Origin: Camelus ferus
Lineage: Eukaryota
Reading direction: 5' to 3'
NCBI RefSeq assembly: GCF_009834535.1
Contig: NC_045697.1
Coordinates: forward strand, 39,496,001 to 39,560,000
DNA length: 64,000 nt
The notes beneath the pieces were generated by a model. The model had not been told where the DNA came from. It saw only the letters and a list, made by a program, of their open reading frames with translations, and searched no databases. Each line of letters starts with the position of its first letter. The first letter of the stretch is position 1. Positions 1 to 12,515 of the stretch are shown in pieces. The position numbers were made by a program, and so were the translations under genes.

Positions 1-455
1 AAAAATCAAATAGGCCTTGGGATGTTGAAGATTGCATTGTTTATTTAAAAAAAATGTAAACAAGCGAACAAGAGAGAGGCAGGGAGGCAATAACTGACAG
101 CTTATTTTCCTGCAGGATTTCCTACAGCATTTTCATTTATGTATTGCAGAGAGATGGGAGATTGCTCTTGTCTTAGTGTATTTCCATGCACGTGAATTGC
201 CAATCACTTTGAATTTGAACTGGCTGCCCCTGGAACTCTGGGGAGTGAGATGTGTTTCTAAAACCCCAAAATCCTTTCTTTCTGAGTGTCCAGTGTATTT
301 TGAGAAGACGTTTTCAGAGCTGTCCCAGGGCCTTCTTGCTGTGGGCCTGGCCGCTTCACCTGTACACAGTAGGGGTAAAAACGTGATGCTCAAGCAAGAA
401 GGTACTCAGACTGCCAGGGCTGGGATTTGGTTTTAAACCTGCCTAGAGGAGTGAC

Positions 456-915
456 TGCAGTGGGCAAAAGAACTGGCCCCCAAAGATGTCCATATGCTAA
501 TCCTGGAACCTGTGAATATGTCACTTCATATGGGGAAAGAGACTTTGCAGAGGTGATTAAGAAAAAGACCTTAAAATGCGAAGACTTGCCTGGGTTGTCC
601 GAGTGGGCCCAGTTCTGCCACAGAGGCCCTTAGAAGAGGGAGGTTGACGGTCAGAGAAGGAGATGTCCTGACGGAAGGCGAGGTCAAAGGAGTGCAAGAG
701 CCATCAACTGAGGGATGCGGGTGGCCTCTGAAAGCTAGACAGGAGAGGAAACTGCTTCCACCCTGTAAGGAATGCAGCCCTGGCAACAACTTGATTTTAG
801 CCCAGTGAGACCCATGTTGGACTTACGGCCTCCAGAACTGGAAGATAGTGAATTTGTGTTGTTTTAAACCACTAAGTTTGTGATAATTTGTTAGTAGCAA
901 CAGGAAACTAATATA
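456..915 (+). mobile_element. MaLR solo LTR, MLT1D-like
   Basis: Starts TG..ggcccccaaagatgtcc..ggaacctgtgaatatg; ends aaaccactaagtttgtgataatttgtta..ggaaactaata, typical MLT1 termini. Confidence 0.85.
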
Positions 916-961
916 CTTACCTTAGGTAAGTTACTTAAACTTTAAACCTGTGTTTCTTCAT

Positions 962-1195
962 CTTTTTTTTTAAACAGCTTTATTGAGGTATATTTTTATG
1001 TCACAAAATTCGATTTCAGTGTACAATTGAATGATTCTTAGTAACTTTGCTGAGTGGTATAGCTGCCACCAAATCAGTTTTGGAACATTTTCTTTTAACT
1101 CTTCCCGGTTACAGCTCCCATGCCCACTTTACAGTTAACCCAGTCTCCAGGCAGCCACTAACCTTTTTTCATTTTGCATAGGTGTTCCTTTATGT
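962..1195 (-). mobile_element. Old L1 3'-end fragment
   Basis: T tract then 'aacagctttattgaggtata...gtgtacaatt...caggcagccactaac'. Confidence 0.7.
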
Positions 1196-2644
1196 CTAAA
1201 AGAGGTTCTCGCAATACCCTCCTTCTAGGATTGTTGTGAGGGTTAAATCAGTGAATTCAAAGTGTTTTGCGTAGTGTCCAACACATAGTAAGGGTTCAGT
1301 AAATGTTCTTTCTCTAGTACTACTATTACTTATTCTTTTTGTTACTTTATTCAGGTTCCTGAACAAGTTCACAAAAATATATTTTAACACACAGTTTTAA
1401 CACACAGTGCTACTGTTGTGTCACTCTTCTAGTCATATTTTTGTCGTGAGTAAAGTAAATCTTTACTTGATTGATTTTAATTGATTTAAATTGATCTTGG
1501 GGGAGTGGCATAAGAACCTAAACATCTTGCTTACATTTTTTTCCTTATGAGAGAATATGTTCTGTATTCTAGGTGACTGACTTAAAACACAAATTTTTAG
1601 GGCACAGTTGTTTACTACTTGGGTACTGCCTGTATTCTGATTGATTATATTTGCATTCTGAACTTACTTGGAAGTTGGGAGATCTTTTACCTGGTGCTCT
1701 GCTACCACCCAAACTGACAGGGAATAGAAAGGGTAAGCAGCATCCAATCATAAGAAAATCTTTGTGAAGGTTACTGATCTCTGAGGGGGTATTGAAAGAC
1801 GCACTTTGGAGTTTCTTTAATTTTGACTGGCAGTGATATCCTGATGTTAGAATCAAGAAAGTAAGAGCCAGAGAAGAAGAAAATGGTAGTGGTTGGAAGA
1901 ACAAATAACAACTATTATTCTTGGAGTTGTCATAGGACTTTGAACGTACTTCTGTTTTGCAACCCTGTCATCTTTTGCATAGTTGTTAAGCCTATTGACA
2001 TTTCCTTTTTCCTGACTCCTCCCCTTGACCCCACTTGTAAACTTCTTTAGGGCAGGAATCTGATTTATCCATCTTAGAAGTGTCAGTGACATGCCTAGCT
2101 GATACTTTGGTTGGTGGATGGATGAATGGTTGGATTTATGGGTGAATAGCTGATAGTTCAGTGCTTAGAAAAATGCTTTAATGCTTCTCAGACAACAGCA
2201 TTTTCCAGTGCGCCTATGGTCTGCCCTAAAGAAACAGGTAAAGGGAGTTCATTATACTGAATCAGTTTTCATTTTTGCTACTGATAAAGTGTTTAGCTTT
2301 TCTAAAAATTTATAAAATGCCCTTTGGCTGAAGAATACAGAAATACATGGTACCTCATAAGGTTTTGTGTGTTGTACAAATTAAGTTGCCTTACTTTGGA
2401 TTCTCTCAAGATCCACGTTGGCTTAGCTGTAGCTAGACCAACTAAACTCAAGAAGTCTAACTTTTTTCTTTAATTTTTTAAAGAAGTAGACAGCCTCGCT
2501 AAATGTGTCATGTCCGAGCATTTTGTCTCATTTTATTTGGTTAAAGGCGGACTTCAGAATCTGTGTGTTGTTCTTATTCTTTCTTGTCCTGCCCTTTAAA
2601 TGCTTAGTTGCTGTTTAACACTTCTGTATAAAAAGAGGCAAGGC

Positions 2645-3077
2645 ACAGTAGCCAAGAGGTGGAAACCACCCAGATATCCATTGATGGATGAATGGATAAA
2701 TAAAATATGGCATATCCATACAAGGGTTATTCAGCCTTAGAAAAGAAGGCTGTTATGTCAATTTTGACAACATGGGTGAAGCTGAAGGTCATTATACTGA
2801 GTGAAACAAGCCCACAAAAAGACATTACCCTTATATGAGGCATTTCAAATAGTCAAATTTCTGTTCATAGAGATAGAAAGTAGAATGTTGGTTGCCAGGG
2901 GCTGGAGGGAACAAAAAAGGGGAATTGATGTTTAGTGGCTGTAGAGTTTTGCATGGTGAAAACGTTTTGGAGACCTGTTTGACAATAATGTGCATATACT
3001 TACACTGAACCTCCACACTTAAAAATGGTTAAGATAGTAAATCTTAGGTTATGTGTGTTTACCACAATAAAAAAAAA
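2645..3077 (+). mobile_element. L1MB-like 3' end
   Basis: 'gccaagaggtggaaac..atccattgatggatgaatggataaa' through 'cacttaaaaatggttaagat..accacaataaaaaaaaa'. Confidence 0.85.
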
Positions 3078-3783
3078 GAGAAGTGAGGAGCTGAAATCTG
3101 AGTTAGTCAAGTTTGCTACTTGAATGAAGAAACTTTTCTGAAGTATTCCATGGGCTGAGATTTAGAATTAAACACAGGTATCTATTCACAGCATGAAATA
3201 AAGCACGAGTATGATTATCTTTTCCTTTACACCTTCACCATGTTTTAACTAAGATTCATGAGACTCGTGCCACTTTATGGCTAGACCGCTGCCAGATACG
3301 ATGAAGCTGGGCATGGTGTCAAAACAGTTTCTTTCAGATTTTCAGACTGAGATGCTTTCTAGTTTTGATAACCTCTGTTAGGCACTCCTCCTAGGACCTG
3401 AAAATGGATTGATACTACAGCAATGAAGGATTCATGTTTTCCTTTTACTTTTGGTAACAGTACAGAATGAGCTCTTGGTAAAGACCTTGTGTTTCTTGGT
3501 ATTTATTACCCTGAAGGCCTTGTCAGTGTTTCTTTAACCTGTTTGGAAGCATTCCATTGTTCCATCTCAAGCATTATTTAGATCAAAGATGACTAGTTTT
3601 GCCTATAACTTGCTGATTTGGGGAGTATTTCTTCCTTTTGGAGATGAAATGTGTCATAAATGCTATTCTGATTCTGACATAAGAACATTGGGTATATTCT
3701 TTATATTTTATACTATACACTACAAGCATATGATACATTGATGTACAAAGAGGAAATTCACTTCTTTTTTGTATCATTAACCT

Positions 3784-4057
3784 TATTTTTTCCCAGCTTT
3801 ATTGGGATATAGTTGGCATATAGAATTTGTAAACTTGAGGTATACAATGTGTTGATTTGATGTGTTGTAAAATGATCACCACCATAGCGTTAGTTAACAC
3901 CTCCATCATGTCACATAATTACCATTTCATTTTTGTGGTGAAAAAAATTTAAGATCTGCTTTCTTAGTGACTTTCAAGTATATAATACAGTATTTTGAAC
4001 TATAATCACCATGCTGTACAACACATCCCCGGAATGTATTCCTCTTATAACTGAAAG
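3784..4057 (-). mobile_element. L1 3'UTR fragment (L1MA9-like)
   Basis: 'tttttcccagctttattgggatatagttg...ctataatcaccatgctgtaca...cttataactgaaagt'. Confidence 0.8.
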
Positions 4058-6808
4058 TGGAAAGTAAATTTTTAATTAAATTTAAAAGGAACTATAAAGA
4101 TAATTTCTGCTTCTAAGAGTATGTACATTTTTGGTTCTTAGTATATGTAGGAATAGGCTCTGTTGGAGATTTGAGGTAATTTAGATAGACTCCTTGCCCT
4201 TAAGATATTTAGAGTGATACGGAAAGAAATACCTTCACAGTAAATTATGACACAAAACAGACACTTAGAAATACTATCATACGAGATTAAATGCACTCTG
4301 TGAGAATAAGGAAGAAGCAGTTAATATGTTGGAGGTTGGGATGGGGCACAACTTAGTCGAACCTCGGAAGATAAATAGATTTTACCAAGTGATGAAGGAG
4401 AGGGAAGACTTTCCAGGAAACAACGTGCATCAGGAGTAGAAGCTCTGAGGTTGCAAATCTGTTGTTACGTCACCAGACCCTGAAGTGCAGGGGAGAAAAT
4501 GGTGGGGAAAAAGTGACTTGAGGCATTCAAACTGGTAATAATCTGATCCTAATCACTTTTGGTGGGTATAAAATTTATCACCAAGCTCAGAACTGAGGGT
4601 GATATTCCCTTCTAACAATGACTGAGAAGTTTCTCTAGGTAAGGCCTTGAAATTAATCCTTTAAATGAAACATTAGATATTTAAAATGAGAAGTTGTCCT
4701 AAAGTTGAGTTTCTAGAAAATCCCTATGTTAATGTTGGTAGAACTCATTGTACATGCAGTCACCTCCCTTGTATTCAGTCACCTTAAAGTCATCAAGAAT
4801 CTACACTCACCACACCTCATCAGTGTATTTCTTCAGAAAACTAAAATTACAGAAATGGGAGAGATCCAAGAATACTGTTCAGGACAAAACTCAGATTTTG
4901 AAAATGAGGTTTCCAGAGAGGTTCAGTGCCTGGGTGACAAGTGTAAAGGCAGAAGCTGCATGGGAGCACGGTTGCTCCAGCTCTGAGCCAGGGGCTCCTG
5001 CCGGCCTGCACCAGCAGATGAACCTCTGTATGTGAGCCCCACCCCTCTCTGTGTGTCTTTTCTTGTCATGCTGTAGCTGTTCTGTGTAATGCAGGTTGTC
5101 TGAAATGCCGTAGATACACTCTGACTGCTTCTGGATCTTACAGTTTAGCAAGAGCTGAATAGAGTTCTTAACCCATCACTGTTAATCTGCTGCTTTGACA
5201 CCAGCCACACCCTTGTATAAGAATGGGAGTCCTGGAAAATTTATCTCCGATTTTAAATTGGGGCCCTCTTCTTCACCCAAGATCTGTTAGATCCTTTCTC
5301 GCTGTGACCTTCTCAGACAGACAGTATATATCTTTGAGACAGCGACCCTTAAATCTTTCAATTCTGGTTGTGGTTTGGAAAAATCCCATTTACCCCTTTA
5401 CCTTTACCTCAGTATTCTTCTTGCCTGTACACTATGGACAGCTCTTCTCTAAGATACTTGAGGAGATATTTTGTTGTAATATGACACGGAAATTTTTTGA
5501 GAGCTCTTGAAAATGACAATAATAATTTCCTAATCTTAAGTATATCAACTTTTATCTGAGTTTTATCATTGGAAGTTTAAAGATAACTATCCTTAAAGAT
5601 TAACAATCAGTTACTACTTTTTCACTATTTTGTTTGAAACTATGTATCTAAAATAGTTTGAAACATGTCTAGTTATCCAGTATAAATTTTGAAAACTTAT
5701 TTATCCACCCATATGATTGGTAACTCGATGTCAAACATCTGGATATTTTAAAATATCTAAACAAGTCATGTAAAATTTTCCAATTTATCAAAAACATTGA
5801 TTAACTTTTTTAATTGAATATAGTCAGTTTACAATGTTGTGTCAATTTCTGGTGTACAGCATAATGTTTCAGTCATACATATACACACATATATTTCTTT
5901 TCATATTCATTTTCATTATAGATTACCACAAGATATTGAATATCGTCACCTGTGCTATATAGTATAAATTTGCTGTTTATTTTATTTATTTATTTATTTT
6001 TATTTTAACATTTTTTATTGAGTAATAGTCACTTTACAACATTGTCAAATTCTAGTGTAGAGCACAATTTCTCAGTTATATATGAGCACATATTCATTGT
6101 CACATTTTTTTTTTCACTATGGGCTACCACAAGATCTTGTGTATATTTCCCTGTGCTATACAGTATAATCTTGTTTATCTATTCTGCATTTTAAAATCCC
6201 ACTCTGTCCCATCCCAATCCCCACCCCCTTGGCAACCACAAGTTTGTATTCTATGTCTATGAGTCTGTTTCTGTTTTGTATTTATGTTTTGTTTTGTTTT
6301 TAGATTCCTCATATGAGTGATCTCATATGGTATTTTTCTTTCTCTTTCTGGCTTACTGCACTTAGAATGACATTCTCCAGGAACATCCATGTTGCTGCAA
6401 ATGGCGTTATGTTGTCGGTTTTTATGGCTGAATAGTATTCCATCATATAAATATACCACATCTTCTTCACTCAGTCCTCTGCTGATGGACATTTAAGCTG
6501 TTTCCATGTCTTGGCTATTGTAAATAGTGCTGCTATGAACATTGGGGTGCAGGTGTCATTTTGAAGTAGGATTCCTTCTGGATTTATGCCCAGGAGCGGG
6601 ATTCCTGGGTCATATGGTAAGTCTATTCCTAGTCTTTTGAGGAATTTCCATACTGTTTTCCACAATGGCTTTCCTTGCTTCCCTCTCCCATTCTTAATGA
6701 TTTAGATGTCTTTTACAATTTTGTGTTTATTCTTTTTGTAATTCATGGCAGTTATCTCCTTTCCAGTTATGAGTTTCTCATTTTTGTAGCATCCTGCTTC
6801 TTTTCTAT

Positions 6809-7693
6809 TTAGAGTAGACCTGTCAGTATTTCTTTTAGCATGGGTTTAGTGTTGCTAAACTCTTAGTTTTTGCTTGTCTGTGAAGTTCTTTATCTCTCCT
6901 ATTCTAAAGGATAGCCTTGCTGGATAGAGTATCCTAGGCTGCATCTTTTTTTCATTCAGGACTTTGAATATATCTTGCCACTCCCTTCTGGCCTGTAGTG
7001 TTTGTGTAGAGAAATCAGCTGAGAGCCTTATGGGGGTTCCCTTGTAACTCTTTGATTTTCTCTTTCGGCCTTTAGGATCATTTCTTTATCCTTGACTCTG
7101 GCCATCTTGATTATAATATGTCTTGGTGTGGGTCTGTTTGGGTTGTTCCTGTTTGGGACCCTCTGAGCCTCCTGTACTTGGATATCTGATTCCTTTAGGT
7201 TTAGGAAGTTTTCAGTCATTTCTTCAAATACCTTTTCAATTCCCTTTGTTCTTTCTTCCCCTTCTGGAATCGCTATTATGCATAGATTGGCATGCTTTAT
7301 ATTATCCCATAGGTCCCTTATATTGTTTTCATTGTTTTTTATTTGTTTTTCTTTCAGCTGTTCTGATTGGGCGCTTTCTGTTGTCCTGTCTTCTGGGTCA
7401 CTTACTCGTTCCTCTGCATTGTCTAGCCTGCTTTGTACAGCCTTTAGGTTGGCTCTCATCTCAGCAAATGAGTTTACTAATTCTACTTGGTTCTTTATAA
7501 CTTCTGTTTCATTTTTGACATATTTTATATCTCTAAACACTATTTCTTTCAGTTCCTTCAGTACTTTGATCACTCCTTTTTTGAAATCTTGATCTAGTAG
7601 GCCATCGATGTCTATTTCCTTGATCGTGCTTTCAGGGGATTTCTCTTGATCTTTTAATTGGGAGTGGTTCTTCTGCTTCTTCATATTGCTCAT
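6809..7693 (-). pseudogene. L1 ORF1p, frameshifted
   Basis: 221-aa ORF MSNMKKQKNHSQ...RDLWDNIKHANLCII...PNRPTPRHIIIKM; continues after a frameshift near 7040 as PIRLSADFSTQTLQARREWQDIFKVL to a stop at ~6809. Confidence 0.9.
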
Positions 7694-7699
7694 ATCACT

Positions 7700-9021
7700 T
7701 TGGCACTGTGGCTTAAGGAGTATTAGTTATCTAGTTCTCCTGGAGACGCTGTACTCTTAATGATTTTATCGCGAGGTCTTTGTGTCTTCGCCCTGTTTTG
7801 CAAACTCAGCTTGCTGTTTCCAGAGGCCCTCTGTTGGCACCCTCTTCTGTGCTGCTCCCAGTGGCTGTTGGCTAGCAGATTGTGCCCCCTCCCAACACTG
7901 GGTCAGGGGTTGAGCTCTTATCTGGTGGGTGGGCGGGTCACTTCCGCTCCTGATGCCGCAGTCCTGATGTGCTCAGGGGAGGCAGGTGGGCAGATCACAT
8001 CCCCTCCCAGCACCGTGGTCAGGTGCTGCGTTCCTGCTAGGAAAGTGGGTTGCCGCCCTCTCTTGCCCGGCGCCGGTCGCTCTGCTGCTCTGTGCAGCTG
8101 CCAGCTCCGCCTCCAGTCAGCGCTCTGAAGACAGGCTTGGGGAAGACCGTGGAATGGCCCCGCCTCTGCTCTGTGCCAAATCTCAGCTCCTTGTTTGTCT
8201 TGGCGGCACAAGTTCTCTGAGGTGCCAGGGCAGAAACATCCTATCTGCCTCTAGCTGTAAATAAGTCTCAGTCCTGCCTAGGAGGTTGTGGAGCCCCTGG
8301 GTGCGGATTCAGGTCTCAGCCCCACCCCCACCCGGGCACTGCACACAGGAGAACATGGCGGCTGTGGCTGCGCCCCGCCTCTCTTTTCGCGAGAAGTGCC
8401 AGTAATGGTGGTGCAGGTCTCAGGAGACAAATGCTATTGCGCCCCTCCCCCTGGGGCACACCAGCCATGTTGCTTTGCTTTTTTCGCAATTTATGGGGAA
8501 CTGAGGTGGTTCTGCTCTGTATCCCCTCCCAGCCACGGCACGCAGCCCCCTGAAGTCCCCTGGGGCTGCCTGAGGGCAGCTGCCCCAGTCCTCTGCCCTG
8601 CTCGGGCCGCCTGCCCCGGCGCCAGCTATCGGCTCGCGTCTCGGGCTGGGTGTCATGGGGACCCTTTGTGCCCATTTAACTCAGTTCTATCAGTCAAGGG
8701 GTGCTCAGGGCAGATCTGAGCCTGGGAAATCCCCCCTCTGTCCCACTGGCCTCTCTGTTGGGGAGGGGAGACCCAGCAAACGAGCGCCAGTCCTCCTTTG
8801 CCGCTCCCTCCCTGCAGGATCGGTCCTGCACTGTTTTGCTTTTTCTTCTTTCTTTTTTCCTACCAGATTTTTGGCATCTTTGTCTTTCGAAGAAGGCAAT
8901 GTTCTGTCAGAGTTCGGCAGGTGCTCTGGTTGGCTGAATGGGTCCGTAGATGTGAGTTTTGGTGTCTTTGTGGGAGAGGGTGAGCTACAAGTGTCCTTCT
9001 ACTCTGCCATCTTGCTTCTCC
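7700..9021 (-). promoter_or_regulatory. L1 5'UTR internal promoter / CpG-rich island
   Basis: Most GC/CpG-rich block in the window; YY1-type motif CAAGATGGC near the 5' terminus (GCCATCTTG at 9006-9014 on +). Confidence 0.75.
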
Positions 9022-11694
9022 CTGTTTATTTTATATATAGTTGTTAGTATCTGCAAATCTCAAACTCTCATTTTATCCCTTCCCACCCTCTTTCCCCCCT
9101 GGTAACCATGAGTTTGCTTTCTATATCTGTGAATCTGTTTCTGGTTTGTGAATAAGTTCATTTGTGTGTCTTTTTTTTTTTTTTTTTCTTTCAGATTCCA
9201 CATATGAGTGGTATGTGGCTTTTTTTTTTTTTTCTGTCTCTTTCTGGCTTATTTCACTTAGAATAACAGTCTCCAGGTCCATCCATGTTGCTGCAAGTGG
9301 CGTTATTTTATTATTTTTATGGTTGAGTAGTATTCCACTGTGTGTATGTGGGTGTGTATATATACATATACATATACACCACAACTTCTTTATCCAGTCA
9401 TCTGTCAATGGACATTTAGGTTGATTCCATGTCTTGGCTATTGTAAATAGTGCTACTGTGAACACTGGGATGCATGTATCTTCTCGAATTAGATTTCCCT
9501 CCAGATATATGCCCAGGAGTGGGATTGCTGGATCATGTGGTAAGTCTTATTTTTAGTTTTTTGAGTAATCTTCATACTGTTTTCCATAATGGCTGCACCA
9601 AACTACATTCCCACTAACAGTGTAGGAGGGTTTCCTTTTCTCCATACCCTCTCTAGCATTTATCATTTGTGGACCCTTTAGTGATGACCATTCTGACTGG
9701 TGTGAGGTGATACCTCATTGTAGTCTTGATTTGCATTTCTCTGATAATTACTGTGGTATTGAACATTTTTCATGTGCCTATTGGCCATTTGTATGTCTTC
9801 ATTGGAGACTTGCTTGTTTAGGTCTTCTGCCCATTTTTGGATTGGGTTGTTTGTTTTTTTGTTAAGTTGTATGAGCTGTTTATGTATTCTGGAACTTAAA
9901 CCCTTGTCAGTCGCATCAGTTGCAAATATTTTTTCCCATTCCATAGGTTGTCATTTTGTTTTGCTTATGGTTTCTTTTGCTGTGCAAAAACTTGTAAGTT
10001 TAATAGGTCCCATTTGTTTATTTTTGCTTTAATTTCTATTGCCTGGGTAAACTGCCCTATAAGAACATTGCTAAGATTTATGTCAGAGGGTGTTTTGCCT
10101 ATGTTTTCTTCTAGGTGGTTTATAGTGTCCGGTCTTATGCTTAAGTCTTTAAGCCATCTTGAGTTTATTTTTGTGTATGATGTAAGAGAATGTTCTAATT
10201 TCATTGATTTACATGTGGCTGTCCAGTTTCACAACACTATTTACTGAAGAGACTGTGTTTTCTCCATTGTATGTTCTTGCCTCCTTTGTCAAAGATTAAT
10301 TGACGGTAGGTCTATAGGTTTATTTCGGGCTCTCTATTCTGTTTTGTTGATTGATACATTTGTTTTTGTGCCAATACCATGCTGTTTTGATTACTGTAGT
10401 TCTGTTGTGTTGTCTGAAGTTTGGGAGCATTATTCTTCTAGACTCATTCTTTTTCTTCAGTGTTGCTTTCACAATTTTTGGTCTTTGTGAGTCCATATAA
10501 ATTTTAGGAGTATTTGTTCTAGTTCTGTGAAAAATGTCCTGTGTAATTTGATAGGGATTGCATTAAATATGTAGATTGCTTTGGATAGTATGGCCATTTT
10601 AACAGTATTGGTTCTTCCAATCCAAGAGCATGGGATATCTTTCCATTTCTTTAGATCATCTTTAATGCCCTTAATAAAAATACACCTATTATATTGACCT
10701 GGTTGGGTAATTGTTGATGTAGTAGTCAAGGACTTTCATTAAAGAAGTTTTACGTTCTATTAGTGCTTTTGAGTGGAAAAGACTAACTCATCAATTGGTT
10801 ACTAGTGAGTGACACTGTTTATAAAATCTGCAACTTGAGGGGGAAAATGGAAACTAAGATGCATAATGTAAATTGAATACCTAGAAACACCAACATCTTA
10901 GTTCTTAAAAGGGGGAGCATTGCTAAGGAGGAGGGGCAGGTCAGGATACAAAAACAGTTCTGGAAAAATTTTCCCACTGCCTCAATTCCAAGGATCATTA
11001 AGAGCTTTATTACTAGATGTTATCTTTTGAAACAATCTTCCAGCTTCTCATTTGTACTAAATCTTTATTTATAACAGATAAATGAATATAGATTGAACAC
11101 AGTAGATTCACAGACAGGACAGTATGTATTTGGAAACTTTCATACCCTTTAAAATAGTTATTAAACCTGGCCTCCAGTGATTGCTTTCAGTAATAGAATT
11201 TTTTTTAATTTTGTGAAGAACTACCTAAGGGGGAATGTCCCAGCATGTCCTCATTTTTTAATTGCAAAATAATTAGTTAAGGACAAAATATTTGCACTTA
11301 ATGTACATGGACAAGATTGGGCAATGTGACCTAATGATAACACAATTAGGTACATTCAGGCCTGGGTGAACAATCATATTCTAAGTGTAAGGATGTATTA
11401 AATGATGACAGTCCAAAGAGAGTTTGCAGATGAAGTGTTTCATCACTCTGTACCTACTGACACCTTTTATTAGTGACTTAGATTAAGATATAGAAAATTT
11501 TATGCAGATGAAAGTAGTCAATGAAACAGAGCTGTGAAGGATAACTAATACATAGAATAGCAAGGTTCGAAATAAAAGATTGAAGACCACTACCAAAATG
11601 TTAGTTGTTTCTTTTTATCCTATCATAGGTAGAAAAAATAAGTGGAGACTTAGAAGATTGATGTTTAATTTACAGTGAGTAAATGTTCAGTCTT

Positions 11695-12314
11695 TTTTTT
11701 TAAACATTTTTTATTGATTTATAATCATTTTACAATGTTGTGTCAAATTCCAGTGTAAAAGCACAATTTTTCAGTTGTACATGAACATATATATATTCAT
11801 TGTCACATTTTTTTCTCTGTGAGCTACCATAAGATCTTGTATATATTTCCCTGTGCTATACAGTATAATCTTGTTTATCTGTTCTACAATTTTGAAATCC
11901 TAGTCTATCTCTTCCCACTGCCCCACCCCCTTGGCAACCACAAGTTTGTATTCTATGTCTGTGAGTCTATTTCTGTTTTGTATTTACACTTTTTTTTTTA
12001 GATTCCACATATGAGCGAGCTCATATGGTATTTTTCTTTCTCTTTCTGGCTTACTTCACTTAGAATGACATTCTTCAGGAGCATCCATGTTGCTGCAAAT
12101 GACGTTATGTTGTCGGTTTTTATGGCTGAGTAGTATTCCATTGTATAAATATACCACATCTTCTTTATCCAGTCATCTGTTGATGGACATTTAGGCTCTT
12201 TCCATGTCTTGGCTATTGTAAATAGTGCTACTATGAACATTGGGGTGCAGGTGTCATTTTGAAGTAGGGTTCCTTCTGGATACATGCCCAGAAGTAGGAT
12301 TTCTGGGTCATATG
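11695..12314 (-). mobile_element. Young 5'-truncated L1 (same family as 5986-9021 and 17215-20951)
   Basis: 16-bp TSD GTAAATGTTCAGTCTT (11679-11694, 12315-12330); ORF2 C-terminus (TIAKTWKEPKCPSTDDWIKKMWYIYTMEYYSA). Confidence 0.93.
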
Positions 12315-12515
12315 GTAAATGTTCAGTCTTAAACTTTGATTTTCAAGAGAGATCAGGACTAGAAAGACCTAGTTTAATAGCAACCCCTATGAAAAAGTCT
12401 AGAGAATTCTAGCCAACTGTAAGTTCAGCGTAGACCAACAGTGTTACTTCGAAAGCTAGAATCTTACTCTGCATAATAAAAAACATTTGTATGAATACTT
12501 ATAGTTTGCAAAGCA

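Larger units (their letters stand above)
395..1310 (+). repeat. MIR SINE split by an MLT1 LTR and an L1 fragment
   Basis: MIR core pieces 'ccttaggtaagttacttaaac...tttcttcatct' (~920-962) and 'ggattgttgtgagggttaaat...cacatagtaag...cagtaaatgtt' (~1230-1308). Approximate. Confidence 0.6.
5986..9021 (-). mobile_element. Young L1 with intact 5' end, ORF1 and 3' end but lacking almost all of ORF2
   Basis: Perfect 13-bp TSD CTGTTTATTTTAT (5973-5985, 9022-9034); (TAAA)n/A tail; GC-rich 5'UTR; ORF1; deletion junction at 6670/6671. Confidence 0.92.
5806..10672 (-). mobile_element. 5'-truncated lineage-specific L1 (3'UTR + ORF2 C-terminus; 5806-5985 and 9022-10672), host of nested element
   Basis: 3' tip 'ttttttaattgaatatagtcagtttacaatgttgtgtcaatttctggtgtacagc'; ORF2 fragments ([41 protein letters not shown]). 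Confidence 0.9.

Noticed and set aside
1382..1407. Small tandem duplications (TTTTAACACACAG x2; similar near 50383, 54031, 54462)
   Set aside because: Two-copy slippage events with no spacer structure; not an array or CRISPR-like repeat.
4726..5151. Overlapping ORFs in unique DNA as the preceding FAM13A exon
   Set aside because: No match to the expected RhoGAP peptide ending ...NLATVFGPNCFH; that exon appears to lie outside the window.
7760..8719. Overlapping GC-rich ORFs and CpG island as a host gene promoter or first exon
   Set aside because: They lie wholly within the L1 5'UTR; stop codons are rare in GC-rich DNA and the peptides resemble nothing I recognise.
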